From Escherichia virus TH47, in the sequence record MT446416.1: a stretch of 64,000 bases of DNA. One strand, given 5' to 3'. The notes beneath the pieces were generated by a model that saw nothing but the letters and a program-made list of their open reading frames with translations, did no database searches and was not told where the DNA came from. The translations under genes were made by a program, and so were the position numbers. Shown in pieces: positions 52,218 through 61,583 of the stretch. Numbering within the stretch: position 1 is the stretch's first letter; every line of letters begins with the position of its first letter.

Positions 52218-52321
52218 TATATAATTCTCCGTTTTATTTGTTAATCAAAAATGTTTTTGTATGCTTCAGATTACTACAAGCACCATTATATCTCGTGAAT
52301 GATGCTTGTCTCAATTTTTTA

Positions 52322-52624
52322 TCAGTATTTTGTGTTCCAACGTTTAAGGTACGGCTTATCAGAGTTTGCACCTGCACCAATGTTGAATTTGTAACGTAGA
52401 TGTTCTAAGTCTTTTAACGTGTTAACATCTTCAACAATGACAACTTTGCGTTTCTTTTCAATAGAATAGACGTCAACAATCTCACCGTCAATTTCAACAG
52501 AACCAGTTCTGGTGAAACCAGCAGACATTAGAACAACTTCATCATCATTATTGTATGCAAGTACTGAATTTACGATAGTACTATCTTCCAGTACTGCACC
52601 AACACGCTTATAGATATTTTCCAT
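52322..52624 (-). CDS. hypothetical protein
   Basis: Start ATG 52624 with AAGGAGAG RBS; about 100 aa. Confidence 0.4.
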   Translation of the reverse strand: MENIYKRVGAVLEDSTIVNSVLAYNNDDEVVLMSAGFTRTGSVEIDGEIVDVYSIEKKRKVVIVEDVNTLKDLEHLRYKFNIGAGANSDKPYLKRWNTKY

Positions 52625-52625
52625 A

Positions 52626-52766
52626 TTACTCTCCTTGGGATGCACTCCATAAAACGTACTGTTCCCACGCCTCGTTAACACTGTCCTCAGACAGTGCTAG
52701 TGATTCATCAGAGAATACGTCATTTACTTCGTCATATTTTAGTTTAGTTTCGTCTGCAATAATCAT
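52626..52766 (-). CDS. hypothetical small protein
   Basis: ATG 52766 with AAGGAAAA RBS overlapping the polymerase 3' end; about 46 aa. Confidence 0.3.
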   Translation of the reverse strand: MIIADETKLKYDEVNDVFSDESLALSEDSVNEAWEQYVLWSASQGE

Positions 52767-52776
52767 AATATTTTCC

Positions 52777-55700
52777 TTACCAGGTGAAGAATCCGTTATT
52801 AACGGCTGCTGTACTTTTCTCATGAATACCAATATCCATATCCAGAATACCAAAAATGTTTTCTAATTTTTTAGTTAGAACTATTTCTTCCATTTTCTCT
52901 GTATCAAATGGTAGTTCTAAGAACCATTCAGGTAGATATTCCACACAGTCAATTGGATAACCTACTGCTTTGATACCCATCGGGTTATCTTTTAAGTTAC
53001 ATACAATTACTTTTGTACCATCAGTTACTTCAGGTACAGATTTGTCATCATATACTTCACGTAGACGGTTCCATTGAATACCTGCTAATACGTGACCAAC
53101 TTTACATTTACCAGAAACTTCATATTCTGCTTCTAAGTTGGTATAGTTCTTAACAGTTTTTGGTGAACCCTTTTCGTGTACTGGCATGTCTTTAAATACC
53201 TCTTTAAAGTCACGTACACGCTGTTTAAGTTGAGCCTCAGACTCACCCACCAGCAATGCAATTAGAGTCTCTTCTAGGAAGTTCTGGATGTATTTTGGTG
53301 TGTCTGAACGTTTAATTTCAAGACCCATCGCTTTAATTTCACCAGGCTTACCATCAACATCTTTACGGAAACCATCTTCCCAGTACTTGAGAATTGCATA
53401 ACGCTTTTTCTTCAGGAATAGACCACGGGAACCGACCATCTCTAGGTCTGCACCAACAATCTTACCTTTCTCAATACCAGTATTGAACATTTCGTTCATG
53501 AATGAAGGGAATGATTCACCAACTTCATCACCGATTTTGATATACATGTCAACGATTTCTTCTTTAGAAAGATTATATGGAATACCTTGTTCTTTCAGGT
53601 AATGAGTTACACTGAAATAAACGGAGTCGGTATCACCGTAAATCACAGAGCCACCTTGGTGATTATAAACGCCAGTAGTGATTTCATTGATACGGCTTGC
53701 CATATGTTTAGTCATAGAACGACCAGTTAAGGTAACGGACTGACCTAAACGCTTATCAAAGAAACGTGAACCTTTGTTCAATAGTGCACCATATAGACTG
53801 TTTAGAAGAATCTTACGAATTTGCTGGTTCTGTTTCCAGAATGCACTTTGCTGTTTGAAGTAATTCTTATCTTCCGTTGCACAGAAAATACGACCATCTT
53901 TTAGTACTAAACCATTTTCAACAATGAGTCTTGCAACTTCTTCCCATTGACCTTTGCCAATAGCAATACGTAATAGATATACAGGGTCATTGTCATGTAA
54001 GTTTGTACGGAACATTGTACCACTTGTGTAGTTAGATAGCAAAGGTTCAACCTTCTCAGAACCATTGAATTCCCACCCATCACTATACATGTGTTTGTAG
54101 TCGATTACCATTTTTTGTTGTGCTTTACGCTCAGAATACCATTGAGTAAGAATATCTGGGATTACACCATACTTAGACTTATCAAAAAGTGTTCCGTTAG
54201 CACTTAGTACAATAGTACTGTCTTCAGCAAAGATAATATCATACAATTCTTTACCAGTTGCATTGAACGAACTACCATCTTCTAAATCAACAATCAAAGT
54301 TTTGTCTGATTTTTCATGAACCATTGTAAATTCTACAGCAGCAAATAAACCATGCCATGCGGCGGTCCAATCAGGTTCAAACGCTTTAGATTTGGATTTA
54401 GCTTTTTGTTCTTGTACTTTAGCAGCAAGATATGCATCAGTGTAATCTTGACGAAGTTGACCAAGAATACATTCAGTACTCATGCCAAGTGTACGTAGTA
54501 CAGTTGGATACAATGAGTTAAAGTCTGTACATCCCAAATCGCTAACAAGGCCAAGAACTGGATCTTGAACCCATGCACCAGCAGCTTTTGCACTGATTTT
54601 CTCATCTTCTTCATCACCTTCTTCACCATAGTACTCCATCTCTGGATCTAACTCAATGTCATCTTTCGGTGCTTTGTTAAAAACAACTTCACCGCGACTG
54701 TGAGCAAGGTTGATGATAGCAGTGTCGATTAGTGCAACCGAACCCATTGTAGTACTAATTAGTACACATTCTTTATGTGCAAGACGGTTATGCAGGTTGA
54801 TAAAGTCACATTTAGCATCAATTTTCTTTAGAAGAATACTATCCTGCTTAGAATAACGCAAGAATGTAATGTAATCTTCGCGGTATAATTTATCCAAAGA
54901 ACCTTCATAGGATACTTTGTTTTCTTTAGTTACCTTTTCAGCAATATAATCTAGTTTGTACGACTGTTCAACTTGACCAGCATGTTTCTTATAAAGAGCA
55001 AGATAGTCTAAGTGTACACGACCAATAAGATCATATGTTACTACAGTTTTACCAAAGTTATCAGCTTCACGAGCATTTGGTTTTTTATTCCACAAGCACC
55101 AACGAGCAGTAGTTGCTTCGTTGAAGATTTTCTTGGTACGGTTTACCATATATGGAATATCAAAGAATTCACTGTTCCAACCTGAAATTACATCAGAGTC
55201 ATCGATTAGACTAAAGAACTCCATAAACATTTCTTTCTCATCCGTATAAAGGATGACAGTACTGTTAGGGTCGTTAGTTTCTTCGTTTAACTGACGAACA
55301 ATATCTTGTGCTTCGTACATTTCCATATCAGTTGGTGGCAAAGTCAATACATAATCCTTACCAGTCCATGATTGATAGAGAGAAATTGCAGTTACACGGT
55401 TGAATGGATCTGATGGTGGAGCATAACCAAACTTCTTATGGAAGTCGGTTTCGATATCGAAAAATGCTACGTTCAAATCCGGCGATCCTTTACCCATGTA
55501 TTCTCTAGCCAACGTTTTGAAGGTAATGTTGCAATCACTTTCAAAAATACGTAGACCTTCATTTTTATGTTGCTCAACGCTTTTATTCATCTGTGATTGA
55601 GTTTCAAACTCCAAATGCTTTGCGTTGGTTCCATAAATTGTTTTGTGTTCACCAGTAGGAGATTCAACATAATATTCATATACTGGGTCCAACTGACGTA

Positions 55701-55782
55701 GAATACGTTTACCGTTTTTACGTTCTGCTACGTGCAAAATATCACCAGTACGTTTACGTTCCATATAAGCATCGATATACAT
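52777..55782 (-). CDS. gp43: family B DNA polymerase (T4 gp43-like)
   Basis: Exo I FFDIETD, motif A DFNSLYPT, motif C YGDTDS; 1001 aa. Confidence 0.9.
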   Translation of the reverse strand: MYIDAYMERKRTGDILHVAERKNGKRILRQLDPVYEYYVESPTGEHKTIYGTNAKHLEFETQSQMNKSVEQHKNEGLRIFESDCNITFKTLAREYMGKGSPDLNVAFFDIETDFHKKFGYAPPSDPFNRVTAISLYQSWTGKDYVLTLPPTDMEMYEAQDIVRQLNEETNDPNSTVILYTDEKEMFMEFFSLIDDSDVISGWNSEFFDIPYMVNRTKKIFNEATTARWCLWNKKPNAREADNFGKTVVTYDLIGRVHLDYLALYKKHAGQVEQSYKLDYIAEKVTKENKVSYEGSLDKLYREDYITFLRYSKQDSILLKKIDAKCDFINLHNRLAHKECVLISTTMGSVALIDTAIINLAHSRGEVVFNKAPKDDIELDPEMEYYGEEGDEEDEKISAKAAGAWVQDPVLGLVSDLGCTDFNSLYPTVLRTLGMSTECILGQLRQDYTDAYLAAKVQEQKAKSKSKAFEPDWTAAWHGLFAAVEFTMVHEKSDKTLIVDLEDGSSFNATGKELYDIIFAEDSTIVLSANGTLFDKSKYGVIPDILTQWYSERKAQQKMVIDYKHMYSDGWEFNGSEKVEPLLSNYTSGTMFRTNLHDNDPVYLLRIAIGKGQWEEVARLIVENGLVLKDGRIFCATEDKNYFKQQSAFWKQNQQIRKILLNSLYGALLNKGSRFFDKRLGQSVTLTGRSMTKHMASRINEITTGVYNHQGGSVIYGDTDSVYFSVTHYLKEQGIPYNLSKEEIVDMYIKIGDEVGESFPSFMNEMFNTGIEKGKIVGADLEMVGSRGLFLKKKRYAILKYWEDGFRKDVDGKPGEIKAMGLEIKRSDTPKYIQNFLEETLIALLVGESEAQLKQRVRDFKEVFKDMPVHEKGSPKTVKNYTNLEAEYEVSGKCKVGHVLAGIQWNRLREVYDDKSVPEVTDGTKVIVCNLKDNPMGIKAVGYPIDCVEYLPEWFLELPFDTEKMEEIVLTKKLENIFGILDMDIGIHEKSTAAVNNGFFTW

Positions 55783-55816
55783 CGTTTGTATTCCTTTACG
55801 TTTATTAAGTTAAAAA

Positions 55817-55842
55817 TAAAGCCCCCATTCATTGGAGGCTAT
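55817..55842 (-). terminator. hairpin terminator upstream of polymerase gene
   Basis: Imperfect stem agccccc/ggaggct followed by a U-run on the minus transcript. Confidence 0.35.
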
Positions 55843-55864
55843 AAAGTTTAGTTTTTAGTACTTA

Positions 55865-56170
55865 TTAGTAATCGTCATCTGCTTGTGGCAAATTGTTAGT
55901 AACACTTAGGATAGTTTCGATGTTATCGAGTTTGTTTTGTTTATCAAAGTAATCGCCTTTGTAGATACGTTGAGCGGCTTGTTTGATATCGGATGCATCA
56001 ATACCTAGTTCATCAGAGATGGAACTAATGAAATCTGCATAGGATGCTTTGGTGTCGTCAATAAAAGTAAGTTGTACTACTGCGTTGTTTAGTGCATCAC
56101 CTAGACGTTTACGTTGTTCATCATTTAGGTCACGAATTTCAACTTTAACTTCTTTTTTAGCTTTTGCCAT
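55865..56170 (-). CDS. hypothetical protein
   Basis: ATG 56170 with GGAGAAG RBS; the listed upstream Met lies inside a terminator hairpin. Confidence 0.4.
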   Translation of the reverse strand: MAKAKKEVKVEIRDLNDEQRKRLGDALNNAVVQLTFIDDTKASYADFISSISDELGIDASDIKQAAQRIYKGDYFDKQNKLDNIETILSVTNNLPQADDDY

Positions 56171-56194
56171 TTGTTTGCTTCTCCATGTGTTTTG

Positions 56195-56228
56195 AAAAAA
56201 TGTCATCTCACAACCGCTGTAAGATGAC
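56195..56228 (-). terminator. hairpin terminator
   Basis: 7-bp stem gtcatct/agatgac, 13-nt loop, U-run on minus transcript; a TGATACAATG -10-like element sits just upstream. Confidence 0.4.
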
Positions 56229-56268
56229 TACATTGTATCACTACTTACGATTTTGTTCCAAAAAACTT

Positions 56269-56787
56269 TTAAACAGGTTTAACAGGGAACGAAAACTTCT
56301 TCTTACTAAATTCAGATGTTGTTAGAGATGATAGCTCAAGAACATATGCTTTCAACTTAGGAAACAGTTCTATTTCATAATCAGTTGCTACCTCAAGATC
56401 TATCGCCATCTTAATGTTATTCAACTCATTAATTGCTACAGTTCTTAATTCTTGGTGCTCAGATGATAGACGTTTGATCTTTTCATCAGTAGATTCAACA
56501 TAATCAGAAATTTTACTTCCATCATAGATTTTACCAACTACTTCATCTTCATCTCCATCATGCTCCAACTCAGAAACACTGTATCCATACGGTACTAACA
56601 ATGTTACATCATATGATGCTTGTGCAATATAACCATCGTCAGAGTACTGAACTTTTAAAGTATCTTGTCTGAATTCGTTTTGACAATCATACCAGTCAAT
56701 ACCCTCATCTGACAATAGATAAAGAACATTATCTCCATGTTTTTTTTCTACTGGTATATATTTTTTGAAATTTGTATACGTTTTCAT
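56269..56787 (-). CDS. hypothetical protein (positional candidate tail-fibre assembly factor)
   Basis: 172-aa acidic protein immediately downstream of the tail-fibre-like gene; assignment by position only. Confidence 0.3.
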   Translation of the reverse strand: MKTYTNFKKYIPVEKKHGDNVLYLLSDEGIDWYDCQNEFRQDTLKVQYSDDGYIAQASYDVTLLVPYGYSVSELEHDGDEDEVVGKIYDGSKISDYVESTDEKIKRLSSEHQELRTVAINELNNIKMAIDLEVATDYEIELFPKLKAYVLELSSLTTSEFSKKKFSFPVKPV

Positions 56788-56788
56788 A

Positions 56789-58417
56789 TTAAGACTCCAC
56801 TACTACGTTAGTCCATACACCATTTACAAGTTTTTGTGTATATCTCCAACTCAAACCTTCAACGTGTGTACCTGAACTACCATTTACTGAAATAAACAAC
56901 CCATCAAGTGTAGCACCTTCAGGTACATAGTTCCAAGAAGAATCAGGAACACTTCGCGTAGTTGTTCTTTTACTTAAACGAACATCTTGTACAGCACCTA
57001 GTGTTAAAGTTACGTTACCGTTTACATCAGCGTTGTTACCGTTAATAGATCTTACGATGTTTTTACTGGCAACAGTTGCAGTGTTTCCAGAAATAGACAA
57101 TGATGCACCAGTAACTGATGGGGCATAAAGTACACCAGATGAGTTAATTGTAACTTCCGAACCACCATTACTTCTCAAACGTAATGTATTTGTTGATGAA
57201 CTATGATAAATTGCTGCACGTTCAGTAGTTCCTGCCGCGTTACGGAAGTAAAGTACCAAAGATGTGTCGTCTGAACGAATTGTTGCACTGTTAGCAATAG
57301 TCAATGAACCAGTCATTACATCACCAGTTTTCAGTACATAACGGGTGTTTGCAACTTTTTCACTCAATGCAACGTTAGACTCAGCAATGTTATATAAGTA
57401 TGCCACATTAAAGTGTGGTACGTCAATATTGCTAATTCCGTGGGTATGTGCTTGTCCACTACCAACGGTATTGGTTGAACCACTGAATCTATGCACGTGA
57501 TCAGGTGCTTCGTTAATGTTATTAATTACAGTTGGAATACCATTATCTCTACTCGATGTTATTGCATTTAGACCACTACGGTCATTACCTTTTAGTGCTT
57601 GGCTATGACCATGACGACCAGCAGCACCAGTAGTTCCACTGAAACTAAATGAGTGCGGTGGAAGTTGATCAATTGATATCGCAGTACCACTAATTGATGC
57701 ACTACTTGCAATCACACTATCAGTTTTAGTTACGCCTGATGTGGTAATGCCTTTCAAGTATGCTTCTTGGTTAAGATTTGGAACTTGTTTAGTGATTGTA
57801 CCATTTTCACCAACCCATTGCCACCACATTCCATCAGCAAAACACCAACCATCAGAAGTTTTCCACGGAGAACCTTGTGAACCATTACGACCACTTTGAC
57901 CATTAGTTGCTCCAGACATCTGTTCACGAATACTAGCAACAGTTTGTCCAGAAGTCAATGAGTACTGGGTAATTGCACCAGGCTTCATTGAAGTGTAAAG
58001 ACCTGTTGGTCCAGTACCGCTACTTGATTGAGTAGGGAATACGATATTTAAATTCGTACCACTAATGCTCGCACTTGGGACAGCACTACTACTATATGTT
58101 ACTGTTTCAACTTTTAAATTCAATTTACGGTTCACTTCATCGAGTGAAATACGGATTGGTTCAAGAATTGTATCAGTATCATATACTGCAATCCAACTTG
58201 TACCGTTGTGGTATTTTAACACCAACTCATTTCTATCAAATACCATAGCACCTTGCTCACCTGCTGGCAATGCCTGTACGGGTAAAATGACAGAAGATGA
58301 ATTAAAACGAATAGGTCTTGGATTAGTTGGTGTACCACCAAGCACTATTAGTTCTAAAGATCCATTAGCACCAGTACTAGTCATAGTATCCAGTGGGTTA
58401 TTAAAACTTATGCTCAT
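56789..58417 (-). CDS. tail fibre-like protein
   Basis: 542 aa, Ser/Thr/Gly/Asn-rich, His-x-His motifs (HTHGISN), GAMVFDRNELVLKYHNGTSWIAV collar-like segment. Confidence 0.45.
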   Translation of the reverse strand: MSISFNNPLDTMTSTGANGSLELIVLGGTPTNPRPIRFNSSSVILPVQALPAGEQGAMVFDRNELVLKYHNGTSWIAVYDTDTILEPIRISLDEVNRKLNLKVETVTYSSSAVPSASISGTNLNIVFPTQSSSGTGPTGLYTSMKPGAITQYSLTSGQTVASIREQMSGATNGQSGRNGSQGSPWKTSDGWCFADGMWWQWVGENGTITKQVPNLNQEAYLKGITTSGVTKTDSVIASSASISGTAISIDQLPPHSFSFSGTTGAAGRHGHSQALKGNDRSGLNAITSSRDNGIPTVINNINEAPDHVHRFSGSTNTVGSGQAHTHGISNIDVPHFNVAYLYNIAESNVALSEKVANTRYVLKTGDVMTGSLTIANSATIRSDDTSLVLYFRNAAGTTERAAIYHSSSTNTLRLRSNGGSEVTINSSGVLYAPSVTGASLSISGNTATVASKNIVRSINGNNADVNGNVTLTLGAVQDVRLSKRTTTRSVPDSSWNYVPEGATLDGLFISVNGSSGTHVEGLSWRYTQKLVNGVWTNVVVES

Positions 58418-58458
58418 GTATAAATCCCTTTAATGATTAATATATACTATATTTATTA

Positions 58459-58782
58459 CTATAGCAAGTCGTTTTCCATATCGTCAAGAACAGAATCGAC
58501 GATGTTCGCTGCTATCTTCTTAGGCATCTTGAACCACTCGGTGTTAGGTTGCCTTACTGCGTTCATTTGTTTTAGTCTTTTGTGAATTTCTTTCTCTGCT
58601 AAACGTGCATCTTCAAAGTGTACTTCATGGTATACCACAAAATCTCTAAAAGGTGTAGCAGTTTGATATGTCCTTAAACGTTCTGTCATTTCAGATTTAC
58701 TGGTAAATCCTATCTTAACATAATCAGGCCATGCATCATTTACTATAACATAACATATCTGTGACATAGAAAATATCTCCAT
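58459..58782 (-). CDS. T5orf172 (GIY-YIG-like) domain protein
   Basis: ICYVIVNDAWPDYVKIGFT...RLRTY...PFRDFVVYHEV...EWFKM matches the T5orf172 pattern. Confidence 0.6.
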   Translation of the reverse strand: MEIFSMSQICYVIVNDAWPDYVKIGFTSKSEMTERLRTYQTATPFRDFVVYHEVHFEDARLAEKEIHKRLKQMNAVRQPNTEWFKMPKKIAANIVDSVLDDMENDLL

Positions 58783-58806
58783 CAGTAATATGAAGATATT
58801 TATTAA

Positions 58807-59166
58807 TCAAGTAATTCGGAAATTTACCCCAGCATCAATTAGGCGTTGGAATGGGTTTTGTGGCTCGAATTCAGAAGGAGTTTTTGAAATGTTCAGTACT
58901 GGAGCATCAGCATGTAACTTTGACATACGTTCTTTGTACTTATCTAAGTATTCTTCATACAACATATCTTCAGTGTTACTATTAAGTATGTCTTCGATAA
59001 ATGAATCAATACTATAGTCCAGTCTATCATCATTATAATACAAAGTTTCACTAGCTTCATCATAACCAACTAAAGTTCCGTATGGAACATTAATCTCAAT
59101 TTTTGAGTACTGACTCTTTAAGTACTCTTCTTTCTTAAAAATGTATACAGTTAACATCCGTGTCAA
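58807..59166 (-). CDS. hypothetical protein
   Basis: 119-aa ORF between the two T5orf172-type genes. Confidence 0.35.
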   Translation of the reverse strand: MTRMLTVYIFKKEEYLKSQYSKIEINVPYGTLVGYDEASETLYYNDDRLDYSIDSFIEDILNSNTEDMLYEEYLDKYKERMSKLHADAPVLNISKTPSEFEPQNPFQRLIDAGVNFRIT

Positions 59167-59180
59167 CTCCTTATGGTTGT

Positions 59181-60179
59181 TTACTTAGTTTTCCATTCTT
59201 TTATCATGGTTAGTACTAAATCCAAATCTTCTTCATTGAAAGTTTCAGTGTATCCATCTGGAAAATCTTCTTTTTCAACAACTTTATTAGTTATAGTACC
59301 TTTTATTTTTTGTTCGAGATCTTGTGCTTCTCTTCGTGTTTCAAAGTCCTCAATTAACAAAACATCGTGTTCAGTATGAGCATAATGTTTTTGTTGACTA
59401 ATTCTACGGTTGATATCATTAGTTACACCCAATTTATAAAATACACCTTTTGTTGGGTGAGTTATTTTTTGTACATATAAAGTTGATGGCTCACGCATAG
59501 TACCTTCACTTTCGTTACATACTGGACAATGTTCTCTATCAGTTTTTCTGAAATTCGCTAGGGTTTTATGTATTTTTACATCTTTATGTAGTGTGCATCC
59601 AAAAACACATTCAGTATGGTGATAATCATAAGTTTCGTCATACTGAAAATCATCATAGGTGTACTTGTCACCATGAATTTTCTTCAACTCTTTCGTTATA
59701 TCATTAGCATCTTTTCGTTTGGAAGAAATCGTTCGTTCTTTACCACACTCATAACATCCACTAAACCTACCTAAAAATTCATCAAATGATAAGACGAAAT
59801 GCTTCTTATGTTTTTTACAATTAAATTCAACATCGGATTTTTTCTTACCTATAAATTTAACTACTTGTACGAATTCCCAAGGTTTGTTCTCATTTGCTAT
59901 CCTAGTTAAACATGCGTGTTTGTATTGGCTGGCAGTTTTTGGGACACTAGTTCCATTTTGTTGTTTCATTATACCACAATGTTGACATTTTTTTCTCGAT
60001 GAAAAGTTGTCTATACTACATGACAATATAGAAGACTTACAATCCCAGCATGTGTATGAAAAATTACTTTTGGCATTTTTAAAATTAATTATTTTATGAA
60101 ATACAATGTTTAAGTTATTAGTTTTTATTATGTTAAGTATCTTATCCACATAATGTTGTTCATCTAATTTTGAAGCCAT
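59181..60179 (-). CDS. putative homing endonuclease (zinc-ribbons + T5orf172-like domain)
   Basis: Cys/His modules and KIHGDKYTY motif parallel the 39822 gene; C-terminal GVFYKLGVTNDINRR...GYTETF is T5orf172-like. Confidence 0.5.
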   Translation of the reverse strand: MASKLDEQHYVDKILNIIKTNNLNIVFHKIINFKNAKSNFSYTCWDCKSSILSCSIDNFSSRKKCQHCGIMKQQNGTSVPKTASQYKHACLTRIANENKPWEFVQVVKFIGKKKSDVEFNCKKHKKHFVLSFDEFLGRFSGCYECGKERTISSKRKDANDITKELKKIHGDKYTYDDFQYDETYDYHHTECVFGCTLHKDVKIHKTLANFRKTDREHCPVCNESEGTMREPSTLYVQKITHPTKGVFYKLGVTNDINRRISQQKHYAHTEHDVLLIEDFETRREAQDLEQKIKGTITNKVVEKEDFPDGYTETFNEEDLDLVLTMIKEWKTK

Positions 60180-60244
60180 AATTAAAATCCTCGGTTACAA
60201 TAAAATAATAATATCACAAAATGATGCACACCACAAGTATATTT

Positions 60245-60273
60245 ACAAAAGAAAAGGGACTCCGAAGAGTCCC
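60245..60273 (-). terminator. Rho-independent terminator after the major capsid gene (UUCG loop)
   Basis: Perfect 7-bp stem gggactc/gagtccc with cgaa loop (UUCG on transcript), then a U-run. Confidence 0.6.
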
Positions 60274-60317
60274 TATTGTTTTTAATTTCTTGATTAAATC
60301 TTTTAAATCTATTACAA

Positions 60318-61493
60318 TTACATGAAAGTAACGTTTTTGATAGCGATTTTGCTGTAGTAGTCAGCAGCATTACCAAGAGATGAAGTACTGTCGGTTAGCT
60401 GAACGTAGCCATAGCGTGTTAAAAATGTCGTGACTAGCTCACCAGTGTTAGGGTCCATTACAGTACCGGAAGCCATTAGTGGGATGTATGGGCAATAGAA
60501 CACACCAGCATCAGTTTCAGCATTACCTTTATAACCAATCAAAATGTCCTCGACATCGCTGGCATACGTGTCTACAAAAATACGCATGGTGCTGTTTAGA
60601 GTACCAACAAATTTAACGTTAGTTGGAGCTTCGAAAGTACCTTCAGTAGTACGTGCAAAACTAGAAGTAGTTGCAGACTGTAGAATGGTTAGAGCGGTTG
60701 GAGAAACAACAGCCCAGTTCGCAGCACCACGTTTGGTACGACGAGCAACTTCGTTCGCTTGACGGTTGATTAGGGTAGCTAGAGCAGCGTGCTCGTCACC
60801 AACGAAGGTCGCAACACCAGTAACTTTAGATTGGTCATAAGTTACAGCAGCAGCACCAGGTAGTGCACGTAGACGGCTTAGTAGCTCTTGGTCGATTTCA
60901 ACGGTAACTTCTTGAGCGATTGCAGCCATTAGTTCAGCTTCAACGTCGATACCATGTTGGGATTGTGCATCTTGTGCAGATTCAACAGTCCAACGTGCAG
61001 ATAGACGACGAGATTTCGCTTCAACAGTTTCACGTAGAATACGGATGTTAACGCGACGACCCATAGTACCTTCTAGTTGACTAGTAGGAGCAGCTTGTGG
61101 GTTGCTGTTGTCTGCGTTTAGGTCACCAGTATAAGACTTAGCGATTTTGTATGGAGAAAGCATTTCTTCACCAGCGATAACACCAGGAGCGTTGTCAGCA
61201 TATTGAACACGTAGGGTGTGGATCTGACCAACTGGGCCAGTCATTGGCTGAACACCGATGATTTCGTTAGCGATTACGGTTGGCATAACACGACGCATAA
61301 TTGGTAGAATCACTTTGTTTAGAGTAGCGATGTTACCAGCGGTGGTTGCACCAGAAGTAGCAGATTCGTTTAGCATTAGTTTACGATGGTTATCAAGTAC
61401 GGTTTCCATTACGGACTTACGAGTACCTTGTAGACCTTCAACTAGTTTCTCTTTAACTGCTACCCATTTGGATTCATTTAGTAGTTGTGACAT
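60318..61493 (-). CDS. gp23: major capsid protein (T4 gp23-like)
   Basis: GVQPM motif, VEAKSRRLSARW and GYKGNAETDAGVFYCPYIPL match T4 gp23 blocks. Confidence 0.9.
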   Translation of the reverse strand: MSQLLNESKWVAVKEKLVEGLQGTRKSVMETVLDNHRKLMLNESATSGATTAGNIATLNKVILPIMRRVMPTVIANEIIGVQPMTGPVGQIHTLRVQYADNAPGVIAGEEMLSPYKIAKSYTGDLNADNSNPQAAPTSQLEGTMGRRVNIRILRETVEAKSRRLSARWTVESAQDAQSQHGIDVEAELMAAIAQEVTVEIDQELLSRLRALPGAAAVTYDQSKVTGVATFVGDEHAALATLINRQANEVARRTKRGAANWAVVSPTALTILQSATTSSFARTTEGTFEAPTNVKFVGTLNSTMRIFVDTYASDVEDILIGYKGNAETDAGVFYCPYIPLMASGTVMDPNTGELVTTFLTRYGYVQLTDSTSSLGNAADYYSKIAIKNVTFM

Positions 61494-61537
61494 TATTATC
61501 TCCTTAAAGATGTTATATTCGTTTTTCAGTATGATAT

Positions 61538-61545
61538 TATTTATA
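61538..61545 (-). promoter_or_regulatory. T4-late-type promoter TATAAATA upstream of gp23
   Basis: Minus-strand CTATAAATAATATCATA 45 nt upstream of ATG; T4 late consensus is TATAAATA. Confidence 0.5.
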
Positions 61546-61583
61546 GAACTGAAAAATTTGATTATTAAAATGCTTTAAAATGT

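Noticed and set aside
60182-60376. ORF 60182..60376
   Set aside because: Spans the gp23 terminator hairpin and the 3' end of gp23 in another frame; no RBS; considered spurious.
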